A stretch of DNA of 64,000 bases from an uncultured virus (IMG/VR IMGVR_UViG_3300029288_005821) (IMGVR_UViG_3300029288_005821), one strand, 5' to 3'; numbered from the stretch's first letter, positions 1-10,780 are shown. The notes: generated by a model not told the origin, from the letters alone. A program made the numbers and translations.

Positions 1-1
1 G

Positions 2-667
2 AACGAATTCAGTTATCGCTTTAACCTGAACATGCTCAGGTTTCGGTTCTTTCTTCTTAATTACAGTTCTCTTCGCTCTTCCAGCCCAATCTATTTCCCC
101 AATTTCTTCTTCCGTTATATCAGAGGTAAGTTCCTCAGGGATTTCAGAAGACATATCATGGTCTTCTGCGAAGATAAACACATTGCCGTGAATCCAGTAT
201 TCTCGAGTAGCATTATAAAGAACATTGAAGAGAGAAACTCTCTTGCACATTTCTTCATAGAAATGAAGAATTTGCTTATTTCGTTTCCGGTCTTTTCCCT
301 TCGGAAGGGAGAGACGGATTTTCGACATTGGAACATCCGTATGGAAGTCCATTGCCGCGCCAACAATCGGATGGGTATTAACCCAAAATCGAAAAAGCTC
401 CCGCTTTTCACGTTCAGATTGAGGTAACTCAAGAAAATCTGTCGATAATTGAGGACTATAGAATGATGAGCTAGCATCTGCGATGGAACCAGGGCTATTG
501 GAACCACCACCAAATCCACTCATAGAAGCGACACGTACAGATTGACGAGATTCTCGCCTGGCCTGACGTTCAAGCTTCGTTAATTGAGGACGTGTAAAGG
601 ACTGTTCATCGGCCTGATGAGTCCTCAGACCGACACCAACTCTAGTATTCTTCTTTGCAGAAGCCAT
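2..667 (-). CDS. Portal protein, N-terminal part (runs off the left edge; absent from ORF track)
   Basis: Manual translation from ATG 667 is open to the edge: MASAKKNTRV...FYSPQLSTDFLELPQSEREKRELFRFW..HPIVGAAMDFHTDVPMSK...REYWIHGNVF. Resembles large-phage portal N-termini and lies downstream of the terminase. Confidence 0.75.
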   Translation of the reverse strand, partial: MASAKKNTRVGVGLRTHQADEQSFTRPQLTKLERQARRESRQSVRVASMSGFGGGSNSPGSIADASSSFYSPQLSTDFLELPQSEREKRELFRFWVNTHPIVGAAMDFHTDVPMSKIRLSLPKGKDRKRNKQILHFYEEMCKRVSLFNVLYNATREYWIHGNVFIFAEDHDMSSEIPEELTSDITEEEIGEIDWAGRAKRTVIKKKEPKPEHVQVKAITEFV

Positions 668-680
668 TCTCAGTCCCTTG

Positions 681-1280
681 TCACTCGAATTCTAATTCTG
701 AAGACTGAATTGAATCTGAGACAGCCTCAGAGGTTATTCGAGTCCTAGAACGAAGTCTTTTAGAGAATTTTCCGAGAACTGAAGAAGCTGCCGCCATACT
801 ATGAACGAGTTCCCGAATTTCACGGGGAGGTTTAGTATTGGAAGCAAAAGAGGGGATTTCAGCTTCAGCCTCAGAAAGCAATAGTGCAGCTTTATCTATT
901 TTCGACAAAAATTCCGATATGGCCTCCTCAGAAGATCCAGGAATTTTAACTTCAATTCCTCTAGCCGCTTTAACTCTTCTAGAAAGATCCGAAGATATGG
1001 AAGATAAGAATTTGGCGGATTTCAGTATCTCGAGACGAGAGGATAAACGGTGTCGAAAAGATTCTCCTGAAGAAGCAAGTGCTTGACTTGCCAAGGTCAC
1101 CTTGAGAGCCGTGTCAAGAACCTTTACAGATCTGTCAACTAAATCAAAAGCTTTAGTGTAGACACCGGTTACACGAGCAACCTCTTGTTCAGCCAATTCC
1201 TTTCGAGCCCGACGAGAAGATTCTTCTCGTCGTTTCTTCAAACGATCACTTGAAGTTATTGGTTGCTCACCGATTAACAC
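681..1280 (-). CDS. Hypothetical helical/coiled-coil protein, 199 aa
   Basis: Co-oriented in the packaging cluster; GGTAAGGT box just upstream of GTG. Confidence 0.6.
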   Translation of the reverse strand: MLIGEQPITSSDRLKKRREESSRRARKELAEQEVARVTGVYTKAFDLVDRSVKVLDTALKVTLASQALASSGESFRHRLSSRLEILKSAKFLSSISSDLSRRVKAARGIEVKIPGSSEEAISEFLSKIDKAALLLSEAEAEIPSFASNTKPPREIRELVHSMAAASSVLGKFSKRLRSRTRITSEAVSDSIQSSELEFE

Positions 1281-1296
1281 GAAAAACCTTACCGGT

Positions 1297-1596
1297 TCAG
1301 GCTGAAGTATAGAGATCTAATTGTTCCTGATCCATCTTTCGTGGAGCAACAAGAGCATCAATAGAGTCTTCAAGTTTTTTGACGCTAGACATATCCCCTC
1401 CCATCAAAGCTTCCCATGAACCACCAAGTTCTCTGAAAGAATGATATATTGTAATTATATCATCATCTGACAGTTCCATTTCAGAACCCCAGGTATGATC
1501 CGTAACTTGTCTAATAATCTTATATGCAGCTGTATCTTGAACACCAATATCGGTCGGGACCCATTGATTGGCAGGATCTATACTAATACGCGCCAT
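1297..1596 (-). CDS. Hypothetical protein, 99 aa
   Basis: Fills the gap after terminase on the same strand. Confidence 0.6.
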   Translation of the reverse strand: MARISIDPANQWVPTDIGVQDTAAYKIIRQVTDHTWGSEMELSDDDIITIYHSFRELGGSWEALMGGDMSSVKKLEDSIDALVAPRKMDQEQLDLYTSA

Positions 1597-1620
1597 TTTG
1601 AAAACAAAACAACAACAAGC

Positions 1621-3579
1621 CTATCTCCATCTATTACTGGCCGGGACACGACGTTCACGAGGAGGAGGACCATGGAGTCTTATCTTCGCTCTTTGCGCTT
1701 GGAAATAATTAATTGGCTGTTGACGAATAGGTTGATTTATCAGCCCAACATCTAAGATCCCAGGATTTTCACGAATATATTCAGATGCTACATAATTACT
1801 TCTAGCATATGCATCGGAAAAGTCATCATGTTTTCCAACAATATTTGGAGCTTCTACAATAACTATATTCTTTCCACCGGAAGTAGCCTGCAATTCAAGC
1901 ATTTCCTGAATATGTGGAGAGTGATCCCTACTATTTGTTTCTAAAGTTCTTTCAGGTATAGGGTAATCATATAATGCTAGCTGCTTTGAATACATAAGCA
2001 TCTTCGTCACCTGAAAAATTTCAGATGACTGAGATGGACTAAAATTCTTCATTTCAAGTTGCGTAAGACCAGCTTTATGTAATTTTTGTTCAAAAATTAT
2101 TCCAGCCCACTGATCGAAATATCCCCTAACAATATAAAAACGCTTTGAAAGCGCTACTAGCCAATTAACAACTTCATCAAGATCAAGACGAGTAACATCT
2201 TTCAACCCATGAGCATATGGGGTAGAAGGAGAGAGTAAATGGGGATTCAATTCTTTCCATGAAGTCTTAGCACGATAAGTTTCATGATATCCAAGTTCTA
2301 CTTTGCCATTATTAATACGAGTTAGTGCTACACAAGTACCATCACCGGCAAGAGCGAAATCTAAACCACAGAAAAAGGGTTCTCGAGGGAGACCACGTTG
2401 AAGAGGCTTCAAATCCGGAATTACGCAGTCAAATAAGTCTTGAGAAGACTCTATCCAACCACGAACGCGATCTGAGAATTGTGCCCCATATTCAGTTTCG
2501 AAATCTCTCGGACTCTTCGCACGTTCAACGACGTATTCGCTTTCATCAATAGTCGGGTTTACTTCCCAAGTCGGTGCCTGAATCATCAGCATATTTGCTG
2601 ATGCCGGAGTATTCGACAAGGACATTTCGTAAAGCTTATAAAACAATCCCTCTCTCGCATCAGGTGATGAAATAGAAATCATTCGACCTTCAGAAGGCCC
2701 GAGTGATCTTCGACGATCTTTATGATCTCTTGGAGAAAATTGCTTTAGAGCAGGACTGATTGCTTTATATACTTTTTCCGCTGAAGACTTACCATCATCA
2801 ATAAAGAAAGCGAACTCATCAAGAACACAGCAAATGATACCACGACCACGAAGACCACGAGCAATTGAACTCTTGAAAGTGGCGGTTATAGTTCCTTTGC
2901 TCTTATCCTTGAAACGTTTCTTATCACTTTCAGTTCTAAATTTGATGTAAGTCTGCGTATCATGAATTAAAGACTCTCGGAAATAATCAACCTGGGCAAT
3001 ATGTCCAGACATTTCACCGTAAACAATTGAAGCCTGATCTTTATCATTAGCAATACAAAATACTCGAATTTCCGAAGTCGGAATCATTCCGTAATAAGCT
3101 TGCGGGCATCCACGACGAATTAATTTATATAATTCATAAGCAGATATTAAACCAGCAAGAACAGATTTTCCACTTCGTCTTCCGAGAACAAGGATAAGTT
3201 CTCGACGAGGATGATCATCTTGAACTCCAATATTACATCGTCCATGTTTATGGAGATAAGCTAAATATTCAACTTCAGTTAAGAAAAAAGAATCCTTCTT
3301 ACGAAAAGTTGGGCTTATTTTTATTCGATCAGTTTCTTTTTCCGGAAGAGTATCACTTAGGGGGATGTTATAACATAATTTAAGGATGAATTTTTGGACT
3401 GGATAAAGACCAGCTGGAAGAAGATTAAATCGATCTACGAATTCTAGAATATTTAAAAAATCAGGATTGAATTCATCAGAATTCGTTGTAGCTATATACT
3501 TATCTTTTCTTCTTCTTTCAACAACGTCGTCTAAAGCACCAGTAAGAGAACTCTTCTCCTTTTTCTCTATACTTGGCAT
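1621..3579 (-). CDS. terL: Terminase large subunit
   Basis: Walker A GRRSGKS, Walker B VLDEFAFF, coupling motif ISSP, nuclease motifs GLDFA and HDDFSDA. Confidence 0.92.
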   Translation of the reverse strand: MPSIEKKEKSSLTGALDDVVERRRKDKYIATTNSDEFNPDFLNILEFVDRFNLLPAGLYPVQKFILKLCYNIPLSDTLPEKETDRIKISPTFRKKDSFFLTEVEYLAYLHKHGRCNIGVQDDHPRRELILVLGRRSGKSVLAGLISAYELYKLIRRGCPQAYYGMIPTSEIRVFCIANDKDQASIVYGEMSGHIAQVDYFRESLIHDTQTYIKFRTESDKKRFKDKSKGTITATFKSSIARGLRGRGIICCVLDEFAFFIDDGKSSAEKVYKAISPALKQFSPRDHKDRRRSLGPSEGRMISISSPDAREGLFYKLYEMSLSNTPASANMLMIQAPTWEVNPTIDESEYVVERAKSPRDFETEYGAQFSDRVRGWIESSQDLFDCVIPDLKPLQRGLPREPFFCGLDFALAGDGTCVALTRINNGKVELGYHETYRAKTSWKELNPHLLSPSTPYAHGLKDVTRLDLDEVVNWLVALSKRFYIVRGYFDQWAGIIFEQKLHKAGLTQLEMKNFSPSQSSEIFQVTKMLMYSKQLALYDYPIPERTLETNSRDHSPHIQEMLELQATSGGKNIVIVEAPNIVGKHDDFSDAYARSNYVASEYIRENPGILDVGLINQPIRQQPINYFQAQRAKIRLHGPPPRERRVPASNRWR

Positions 3580-4190
3580 TAATCAACTCCTGCAACATCC
3601 ATCTTCTTTTCCCAATCAACCATATCTGATTTCATTTGCTGCATAACAAGATCAATAATATGAGATTCAATCCCAGTTTTTTCCATCGATTCGATGAAAA
3701 AATTGATCCAGACTTTAAACACAGCTTGAAAGAATGGAGATTTCAGATCAAGACGGTCAGCTCGAGATGCTTCTCTACGTTTCAGCAGAATCTCAGCGAG
3801 ACTTCGAAGACCTTGAGCACGATTGATGGTATGCCCCATCGTGGGCTTACCTTCTTTAGCAGCTCGTCGTCTTTCGAACTTCAAATGAGATAACTCTTCA
3901 GCTATCTCAAGCATAATCAGATCGATTATCTCATTGGTCGTTCCATGACGCCCAATAGTTTGAACGATCTCCTGATTTTTTACATAAGTCTGGCGTTCTC
4001 GAAGTTCTTTATCTACTTCGATAGGGCTTGTTATATCAGAGGTTGGGACATCACCAGTTTGTCCAACAACATAACCAGCTCCGACCTCTTTCGGGTCAAC
4101 TTTTTTACCGCCAGCTAGAACGATGAGCTTTCCCGGTTTTTTCGGGTCTTGCTTTTTCTCATCATCGTCCCCATCAAAGGGTCCGTCCAT
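3579..4190 (-). CDS. Probable terminase small subunit
   Basis: Helical 203 aa ORF whose stop overlaps the terL start; call is positional. Confidence 0.5.
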   Translation of the reverse strand: MDGPFDGDDDEKKQDPKKPGKLIVLAGGKKVDPKEVGAGYVVGQTGDVPTSDITSPIEVDKELRERQTYVKNQEIVQTIGRHGTTNEIIDLIMLEIAEELSHLKFERRRAAKEGKPTMGHTINRAQGLRSLAEILLKRREASRADRLDLKSPFFQAVFKVWINFFIESMEKTGIESHIIDLVMQQMKSDMVDWEKKMDVAGVD

Positions 4191-4207
4191 GAGGATACTT
4201 TACCTGA

Positions 4208-6160
4208 TCAGTCAGTCACCTTCGATGAAGAAATATTAATTTCTACCATCTTTCGAGGCGCCGGAGCTGGTTCAAGAGTTAATTCTGAGGCAAGTCCATA
4301 TTTTCTAACCGGGTCTTCCACAGGCGGTAACTCTTGAGCGACAGGAAGACGTCGTCTTTCAGCTGCTTCAACCCTGACTGAATCAGGGATTTGTCGAATC
4401 AGGGACTTGGCGTATTTAGAACACCAACCAGGGTGGGTCTGAAGACGACATCCAGTACAAGAAGACCCGACGAATACATTAGGAACTTCCTTCTTACGAA
4501 GAAGATCAGAACCGATGTTACATCCTCGACCGTAATCAGAGTATGCAGTCGGATCTATAAAATAAGATCCTTGAATACCGTCTTCAGCCGCTAGTTGAGA
4601 ACCAACTTCCGGAACTTGAGCAAGATCCGATCTTGAGTATCGACTTAAAACTGCGGCTTGGAGTTTCTTACCGCGAAGACCGGAATTCATCATGGAAGAA
4701 ATAGTTCTTCTGACCTCTTCCGGGTTCATGATGGCTCGAGTCTCAGCATGAGACTCACCGTTATGAGCGGTAGCAAGAATTGCAGGATTTACTTCTATTT
4801 CACGAACCTCAGCAGGAGGAGTATATAAATTAACTTGAGAAATTATTGAAGGAATATTTTCGTCTGGAGTAGATGAAGAATTCCTCAAAATATTAGTGAC
4901 TTGTTCCCCAGTCATTCTCTCTTCGTTAACTGCACGTTCACATGCAGATGCGAGATGTTCCCTGGTCAAAACAGGACGATTCGGAACAATAGTAGACAAC
5001 TTCGAAAGTTCGATGAGTTGATGACTACCAGAGAGAGAAGCCAAATCACGAAGGACGACAAAATCAGGAGGTGATTTCATCGTTGCAATATGGTCGAGAG
5101 TTTCCTTTATACCACCAAGAATATCACCATCAAGGTACGTATGACCAAGAATCCCGTGTTCTCGAGCTAGATTACGAATCTCTACATCCGATGATGCCGA
5201 AAGCGACATACGATCCGCATGACCCTTCATCATGCGACGAGCCGCGACAACATACATAGGGTTAGGAAGACGTTCAATTGAAGCTTTTGCTGCTTGACGC
5301 ATTTCAAACTGACGACGATCTTCATCAGTAATAATAGGAGCAGCTACCTGCTTCTGATAATGAATAGTCTGAACACCATCAGGATGAACAGCAGCGATCG
5401 GTCTCAAAAAGGCGACTCGAAGATGTTCCTTTATATCACTAGCAGTTCTATTACTGCTCGTAAGGACCTTAACATCTTCTTCAGTTAATCGACGCTCTTT
5501 AGAAAGCTGAGTGGCATAATGAGCCGCTAAAGCCTCAGCATATGGAATTTCTCGAACAACTCGTTTTTGGAAAGAAGCGCAGCGACCGCCTTGGTTACAA
5601 ACACAACCAGGGCATGAATTCTTCGCAAGAACATATAAAGCTCGCTTAGCATGTTTCGCTACGAAGTCCCTATGAGGGCCTTCTTGAGCACAGCGAGGGA
5701 AGTGACTTGCATCTACATAAATATTACCGAGAAGTCCTCTTTCCCCGAGAACTTGAGAAGCCTCTGTAGAAGCAGATCTTAATTGCTCAGGACTAAATTG
5801 AAGAAGGAGATTCTTTGCTATTTCCTTCTCCGATTTACCTTCCATCACATATTCGGCAAGTCGATCACGAACCGATGATTTTGATCTAAGAGTTGCTTCA
5901 GGAGTATCAAGCGGATTCGTATTTACAGTAGTATGGGGACGAATCGGATTAATAGATTGAACTCGTTCGTCTTTACCATCCCATGCAAGCGCCGTCTGGA
6001 GTTCCGGAATTATATCGAGGTTCTGCTTAGGCAGAGCTTCGAATTTCCTATATTCCTCAGGATCAACATTTAACCAAGATAAATCGGAGACTCCCTGGTT
6101 ATGAAGGATGCTAGAGATGTCACCGAGACCGGAATTGACGTCGTCAGGAGTCTTCGCCAT
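4208..6160 (-). CDS. Cys-rich protein with three internal repeats, probably virion-associated
   Basis: Repeated E-x-G-x-x-G-x-x-[YF]-x-D motif; two copies carry CxxC...C clusters; lies in the head cluster. Confidence 0.6.
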   Translation of the reverse strand: MAKTPDDVNSGLGDISSILHNQGVSDLSWLNVDPEEYRKFEALPKQNLDIIPELQTALAWDGKDERVQSINPIRPHTTVNTNPLDTPEATLRSKSSVRDRLAEYVMEGKSEKEIAKNLLLQFSPEQLRSASTEASQVLGERGLLGNIYVDASHFPRCAQEGPHRDFVAKHAKRALYVLAKNSCPGCVCNQGGRCASFQKRVVREIPYAEALAAHYATQLSKERRLTEEDVKVLTSSNRTASDIKEHLRVAFLRPIAAVHPDGVQTIHYQKQVAAPIITDEDRRQFEMRQAAKASIERLPNPMYVVAARRMMKGHADRMSLSASSDVEIRNLAREHGILGHTYLDGDILGGIKETLDHIATMKSPPDFVVLRDLASLSGSHQLIELSKLSTIVPNRPVLTREHLASACERAVNEERMTGEQVTNILRNSSSTPDENIPSIISQVNLYTPPAEVREIEVNPAILATAHNGESHAETRAIMNPEEVRRTISSMMNSGLRGKKLQAAVLSRYSRSDLAQVPEVGSQLAAEDGIQGSYFIDPTAYSDYGRGCNIGSDLLRKKEVPNVFVGSSCTGCRLQTHPGWCSKYAKSLIRQIPDSVRVEAAERRRLPVAQELPPVEDPVRKYGLASELTLEPAPAPRKMVEINISSSKVTD

Positions 6161-6212
6161 TATAAAAATTTACCATGAAAAATCAACCGTAAAATCAAAT
6201 CCCTTATCGGAT

Positions 6213-7484
6213 TTAAGATTTAAGTTGATTAGCCGAGAGGCTAGGAGTTGCTCTTTCAATTTTTGCGATGGCTTGAGCCATATCAGCTGCACAACGTCGA
6301 AGAGTAGAAGAAACTTCAGGATTTGTAATATTATCGATACTAAGATCGACTAATCTTTCATGTACTGAAGCAAGTCTCCTGACATTCTCCGAAGCATTCT
6401 CTGAAAGTGGGAAAGTATCCAACACATCCGGGATCACAATCTTGTGATCATGTTTCATGCAACGAATGATGTCTGATGAAAGATACTGAGGGAGATTTTT
6501 CGATTGAAGAAAAGCTAAAACACTTCTCTTAACAATATTGGTTTTCCCGTATTCCTTCATGAATTCTTTCGTCAAATCCCTGACCAATTCAATATTGGTG
6601 GCAATACGCTGCATACGAGAATCTCCGTTCCTATTCGACGCGGTGTTACCAAAAGGTTGAAGATGCCAAACTTCAGGAGAATTCGGATTTGAATCTAGAA
6701 AATCTGCTTCTTCGACAAAATCGGTTGAAGGAAAACCTTTAGGAGTAGCGTCATCCTGAATCGTATAACCAGACCAAGCGTTACCTAAACTCTGAAGATT
6801 ATTATCTATTGCTTTAGTATTAAATTCAGGTTCTGGATAACTTTCTACCTCCCCATTATCATCAACATAATGACCATCTTTAGTCTTATATGGAATTGAT
6901 GATTCACTAGGGAGCTCAATTTCGTAAGGACTTTTCTCTTCTTGAGTTACATATGCACCAGAGTCTTCTGAAGGCCAAAAACGACTCTCATCAGAACTCA
7001 TCTTGTTAGAACCTGACACCATGCGATCATAATAATCAGATCGAGCAGACGGATTATCTTCATCTGAAGGAAGCTCAGATTCAGATATTCTAACATCCGA
7101 TGCTGGACCACCAAGAGAATTTAAAGTAGTATCAGCAGGACGTGCACTCTTCGGAGGACGATCAGCATCACCTGGAAGCATAGCAACAAAGTCACAAGCT
7201 AGGCATTCGCCTATTCGTGACATCGAATACCCACATGAGGGGCAAAACTCATGTGATGATGCATGCTTAGGGCCAAGAGCTTGTTCTTGCGGGTATGAGA
7301 GAAAGAAGTCTACATCAAAACCGTCTGTAGGACCGCCATCGGGCAAAGATGCACCTGCGGGTTCACGAGATTCATCATCTTCCCCATGACCTTGGCCATC
7401 GGCAAATGAATCATACATACCGATGCCAAAAGTATCGACTGCTTTAGTACTAGCACCATCAAATGGGAGACTGCTTGCCATCAT
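6213..7484 (-). CDS. Acidic low-complexity protein with Zn ribbon
   Basis: CPSCG...CLAC; D/E/S/P-rich middle; helical C-terminus. Confidence 0.6.
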   Translation of the reverse strand: MMASSLPFDGASTKAVDTFGIGMYDSFADGQGHGEDDESREPAGASLPDGGPTDGFDVDFFLSYPQEQALGPKHASSHEFCPSCGYSMSRIGECLACDFVAMLPGDADRPPKSARPADTTLNSLGGPASDVRISESELPSDEDNPSARSDYYDRMVSGSNKMSSDESRFWPSEDSGAYVTQEEKSPYEIELPSESSIPYKTKDGHYVDDNGEVESYPEPEFNTKAIDNNLQSLGNAWSGYTIQDDATPKGFPSTDFVEEADFLDSNPNSPEVWHLQPFGNTASNRNGDSRMQRIATNIELVRDLTKEFMKEYGKTNIVKRSVLAFLQSKNLPQYLSSDIIRCMKHDHKIVIPDVLDTFPLSENASENVRRLASVHERLVDLSIDNITNPEVSSTLRRCAADMAQAIAKIERATPSLSANQLKS

Positions 7485-8740
7485 TTCTCCCTAACAGCAT
7501 CCCATAATATATCATGATCAAAGATTTTTTGCGATTTCGGTCTCATACTAGGAGGAGGCTCAGGAGCATCACTAGCTCTCATTGCCATAACATCAGATTC
7601 GGATAGACCGAGATCATAGTATGGCATCAATTTCTCATTACGAGAACCAGGCAACCAGGAGTAGGTATTTTCACCAGCAGCAACTCGAGCTGCTACTGCC
7701 TCCATATTAGAGAAGCCAGTAACCCCGTCCTGACAGGCATCAGCACCTTCATAAACGGTGTCATAACTTTGAAATCCCTCACCAAGTGGATCATCTGAAG
7801 GACGTTCCGAATCCTCGGTATCATACCCAAATTCTTCAGGAGACTCCGCCGGACCGACATGCATAACACGTGGGCCAGAAAGCGTAGAAGGATCAACAGA
7901 AGAATCCGCGAGATGATTAGAAGCTGCTCTACTAACTAATTTTTTAACAGCTGCGCCATAAGCACCACCATGGTAGACAACGGTTGCCTCTCCAGTGGTA
8001 TTTAACATTGCTTCAGGGTAAGTTCCTATGCCTTCTGGTTGATCACCTTCATCAGTTGGAAGAGCTGACTTAGGTCCTGGTTCCGGAACTTCTTCTCCAT
8101 ACATGCAAGATGAAGTCTGAGTGAACCAATTTTGTTCCTCATCTTCATCATCCTCAGATTCAACGAAAGGATTGAAATCTTCCGGATCCGGATTTTCATA
8201 GGTGTCCGGTTCGTTTTCTTCATCTTGAGAAGGATTAGCGTTTAAACCTTCTTGAACTGATGGAACTTCCTGACGGAATGTTTTATCTACATATTCAGGT
8301 TGATCTGAGCGCTCAGCTTCAGATATAATATCTTCTGTTGTCGGATCCGCTTCCATTGCCTGTTTCCAATGGCTAGCGTTCACCTCATCGTGCATGGTAT
8401 CAGCAAAAGAGGAGAGAACCTCAACAGCCTGACCAAGACTGGAACGAAGGTCCTTCACTTTCTGGATATAACCACGACCTCCAAGAAGACCGTCAGGGCT
8501 AAACTCAGAAGAGGACATTCTTGAAAAGAGTCTAAGGGCCGCTATCCCATAACTATGGGATCTTTCAACTGCCCAAAGAGTTTTAGCTAGATTCCGATGA
8601 ATTTCCGGATCCCAGACGAACCCTTCAACACGAATATCACGTCGAAGAGGACCTTGATCCTTTAGGAACTCGATCTTTCCAGCTGTTCGAGTTTGTCCAC
8701 CCACCAAACGGGCAGCCATTGATGCAAAACGGTCCTTCAT
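7481..8740 (-). CDS. Acidic hypothetical protein, probably head-associated
   Basis: 419 aa ORF, overlap-coupled to the next gene. Confidence 0.6.
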   Translation of the reverse strand: MKDRFASMAARLVGGQTRTAGKIEFLKDQGPLRRDIRVEGFVWDPEIHRNLAKTLWAVERSHSYGIAALRLFSRMSSSEFSPDGLLGGRGYIQKVKDLRSSLGQAVEVLSSFADTMHDEVNASHWKQAMEADPTTEDIISEAERSDQPEYVDKTFRQEVPSVQEGLNANPSQDEENEPDTYENPDPEDFNPFVESEDDEDEEQNWFTQTSSCMYGEEVPEPGPKSALPTDEGDQPEGIGTYPEAMLNTTGEATVVYHGGAYGAAVKKLVSRAASNHLADSSVDPSTLSGPRVMHVGPAESPEEFGYDTEDSERPSDDPLGEGFQSYDTVYEGADACQDGVTGFSNMEAVAARVAAGENTYSWLPGSRNEKLMPYYDLGLSESDVMAMRASDAPEPPPSMRPKSQKIFDHDILWDAVREK

Positions 8741-8741
8741 A

Positions 8742-9014
8742 TTAACCCTTTACAGGCCCTTCATCATCCGAAACGAGACGTTCAATGAAAAATCCGTCCG
8801 CATCCTGTCCGAGTTTCCAAAAATCCTGCTGAGAAACTCTAACTAAAGTATCGGAAGACAGAAAATGGAATCCGGAGAGTGCCTGGAGACTAGCGACACG
8901 GGTTTTTCCAGAAGTCGCAGTCTTCACAACCGGACGAGGACTCGAAAAGAAGTCATCAATCGATGAGGAAGAAAACCTTATATCACTAATATTTAAAGAC
9001 TTTGACTTGCTCAT
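8742..9014 (-). CDS. Hypothetical protein, 90 aa
   Basis: Purine-rich GGAGAAGG upstream; abuts the next gene. Confidence 0.6.
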   Translation of the reverse strand: MSKSKSLNISDIRFSSSSIDDFFSSPRPVVKTATSGKTRVASLQALSGFHFLSSDTLVRVSQQDFWKLGQDADGFFIERLVSDDEGPVKG

Positions 9015-9058
9015 GGATATGAACCTTCTCCAATGAAACCGAACAACAAACTTAACGA

Positions 9059-9967
9059 TTATGGATCGATTATTGTTAAAGTCACAACAACGTCAACATA
9101 ATGGTTCGAAGCATTTGGCGAGGAAAATCGAACTGTCTCGGTATATACCCCAGGATTATATGGGACACATGCTGAAACAAGACTAAACTGGACATCTTGA
9201 GAAGCACCGGAAGCGAGAGGCCCGCCCGTTGCCGGAACTACAGAAAGCCAAGACGAGTTATTCTGAACCTTTGACGCACTCCAATTCAGAATGGAATTCA
9301 CAGGGCCAGAATTTGAAATTGCGACCGTGAAAGGACCACTCCCAGTATGACTAGACCCGTACCAAACAAAATTGATTGAAGTAGGAGCAGCTGCTATAAC
9401 AGGTCTCGGCAAAACTGATATTGAAAATGCAATCGGAATGACCGTTGGCGGATTCCGATTATCCTGCAAATTCAAAACACCAAGATAAGGGGATCCGGAT
9501 TGAAGCAGAGTTCCAGTGATGAGGGTTACTGAAAAAGAAGCCTGCTCATTCCTACCAATACCACCAATATAACCTGGATTCGCCTTTAACCACGGAACGT
9601 TTGGAGTTGCCGTAGCAGTCAGTGAAGAACCGAAAGAACCGGTATTAGTAAATGGAATATTAGCTATAATCTGATTCGGGTCACCCTCAGTTATGGATAT
9701 GACAAAAGAGATTTCAGACGGATTCACAAGAGCAAGTAATGGAGAAAGCTGCTGTTGAATTTGAGCAATAGAATCAGCCATTCCTGTAATAACTTCAGCC
9801 GGGATCGGAATAGCAGTCTGACATAATGAACCCCAGGGAGTCCTTATAGAATGTACTTCATAGAACGGGCCGACTCCAGGGATCGTCTTAGACACAACTG
9901 CCCAAGACCAGGCACCACCTGTCGACTCGATGGAGAATTCAAAACCCGATCCAGAGACGGTTGTCAT
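9059..9967 (-). CDS. Ig-like/BACON-type tandem beta-sandwich protein
   Basis: Two beta-rich repeats with I.N.G...L.[WA].....[PS]WL...P..G pattern (PWLKANP, SWLSVVP). Confidence 0.6.
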   Translation of the reverse strand: MTTVSGSGFEFSIESTGGAWSWAVVSKTIPGVGPFYEVHSIRTPWGSLCQTAIPIPAEVITGMADSIAQIQQQLSPLLALVNPSEISFVISITEGDPNQIIANIPFTNTGSFGSSLTATATPNVPWLKANPGYIGGIGRNEQASFSVTLITGTLLQSGSPYLGVLNLQDNRNPPTVIPIAFSISVLPRPVIAAAPTSINFVWYGSSHTGSGPFTVAISNSGPVNSILNWSASKVQNNSSWLSVVPATGGPLASGASQDVQFSLVSACVPYNPGVYTETVRFSSPNASNHYVDVVVTLTIIDP

Positions 9968-10013
9968 CGTTCGAATGTTTGAAAAGAAGCTGATTAAGGT
10001 ATAAGGTCAACAA

Positions 10014-10370
10014 GTGAGTAGTAATTCTTGGTTTTGCAAAGTTTGCGGGCACATGAATGTCCCATCAAGTATTACCTGTGCTTTATGTAAAAGACAGAAG
10101 AAAGAGTCCCTCATCCCAAAAATAAGAATAGTCCAGAAAAGTGACCCTGAAATAATGATGGAAAGGGTCAGTCAAACCGAAATAGAGTTTCAAGATTTGC
10201 AAACAAGATTAGAAGCAGCCAGAAAGAAATTGGAAGAAAAAAACTCCCTTCCTCCAACTGGGGCAATAAGACTTATTGTACCGAACAATTGGACGGGGAT
10301 AGTTATAACCGCCGTAGTAGTGATAGCCGTAGTAACTCTTATAGTATTAGTAAAATCATTCGCTAAATAA
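10014..10370 (+). CDS. RanBP2-type zinc finger protein with coiled coil and C-terminal TM helix
   Basis: W-x-C-x2-C-x3-N-x6-C-x2-C at the N-terminus; hydrophobic C-terminal segment. Confidence 0.7.
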   Translation: MSSNSWFCKVCGHMNVPSSITCALCKRQKKESLIPKIRIVQKSDPEIMMERVSQTEIEFQDLQTRLEAARKKLEEKNSLPPTGAIRLIVPNNWTGIVITAVVVIAVVTLIVLVKSFAK

Positions 10371-10751
10371 TTAGTTATTTTCAGTCATCCACTCATCAAA
10401 TTCTTCTTTAGAACGAAAGATAAGAAGATCTGGTTCTGGCCATTCAGGATCTTGATTAATATTATGCCCATCTTTTGAGATTGACATATTATTTTCATCA
10501 TCAATAAAAACAAATTCCCCACCATCGTCAGAAATTAAATCATATTCATCAAATTCCGTCCCCTCAGGAACAAATCCTACGGTAACTGCAACAGGCTCAT
10601 CAGTTATAATTCTGTAAGCTTTTTTAGGCGTTTCAACTGCTGCTAAAACCCGCTTCAGTTCACAAGAGACTAAATCTCGTCTAGGGGATTTAGAATTATC
10701 TATCCGAGTGGCAATTTGACGTAAAACAATGGCTAGACGAGATGGAGTCAT
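10371..10751 (-). CDS. Hypothetical protein, 126 aa
   Basis: Basic helical N-terminus (LRQIATRID), acidic C-terminus. Confidence 0.6.
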   Translation of the reverse strand: MTPSRLAIVLRQIATRIDNSKSPRRDLVSCELKRVLAAVETPKKAYRIITDEPVAVTVGFVPEGTEFDEYDLISDDGGEFVFIDDENNMSISKDGHNINQDPEWPEPDLLIFRSKEEFDEWMTENN

Positions 10752-10780
10752 AAAATCGAAATCGTATAAAAATCGAGAAA

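Noticed and set aside
32..519. Track ORFs 32..427 (+) and 115..519 (-)
   Set aside because: They are shadows of the portal frame starting at 667, which the track missed because it has no stop in the window.
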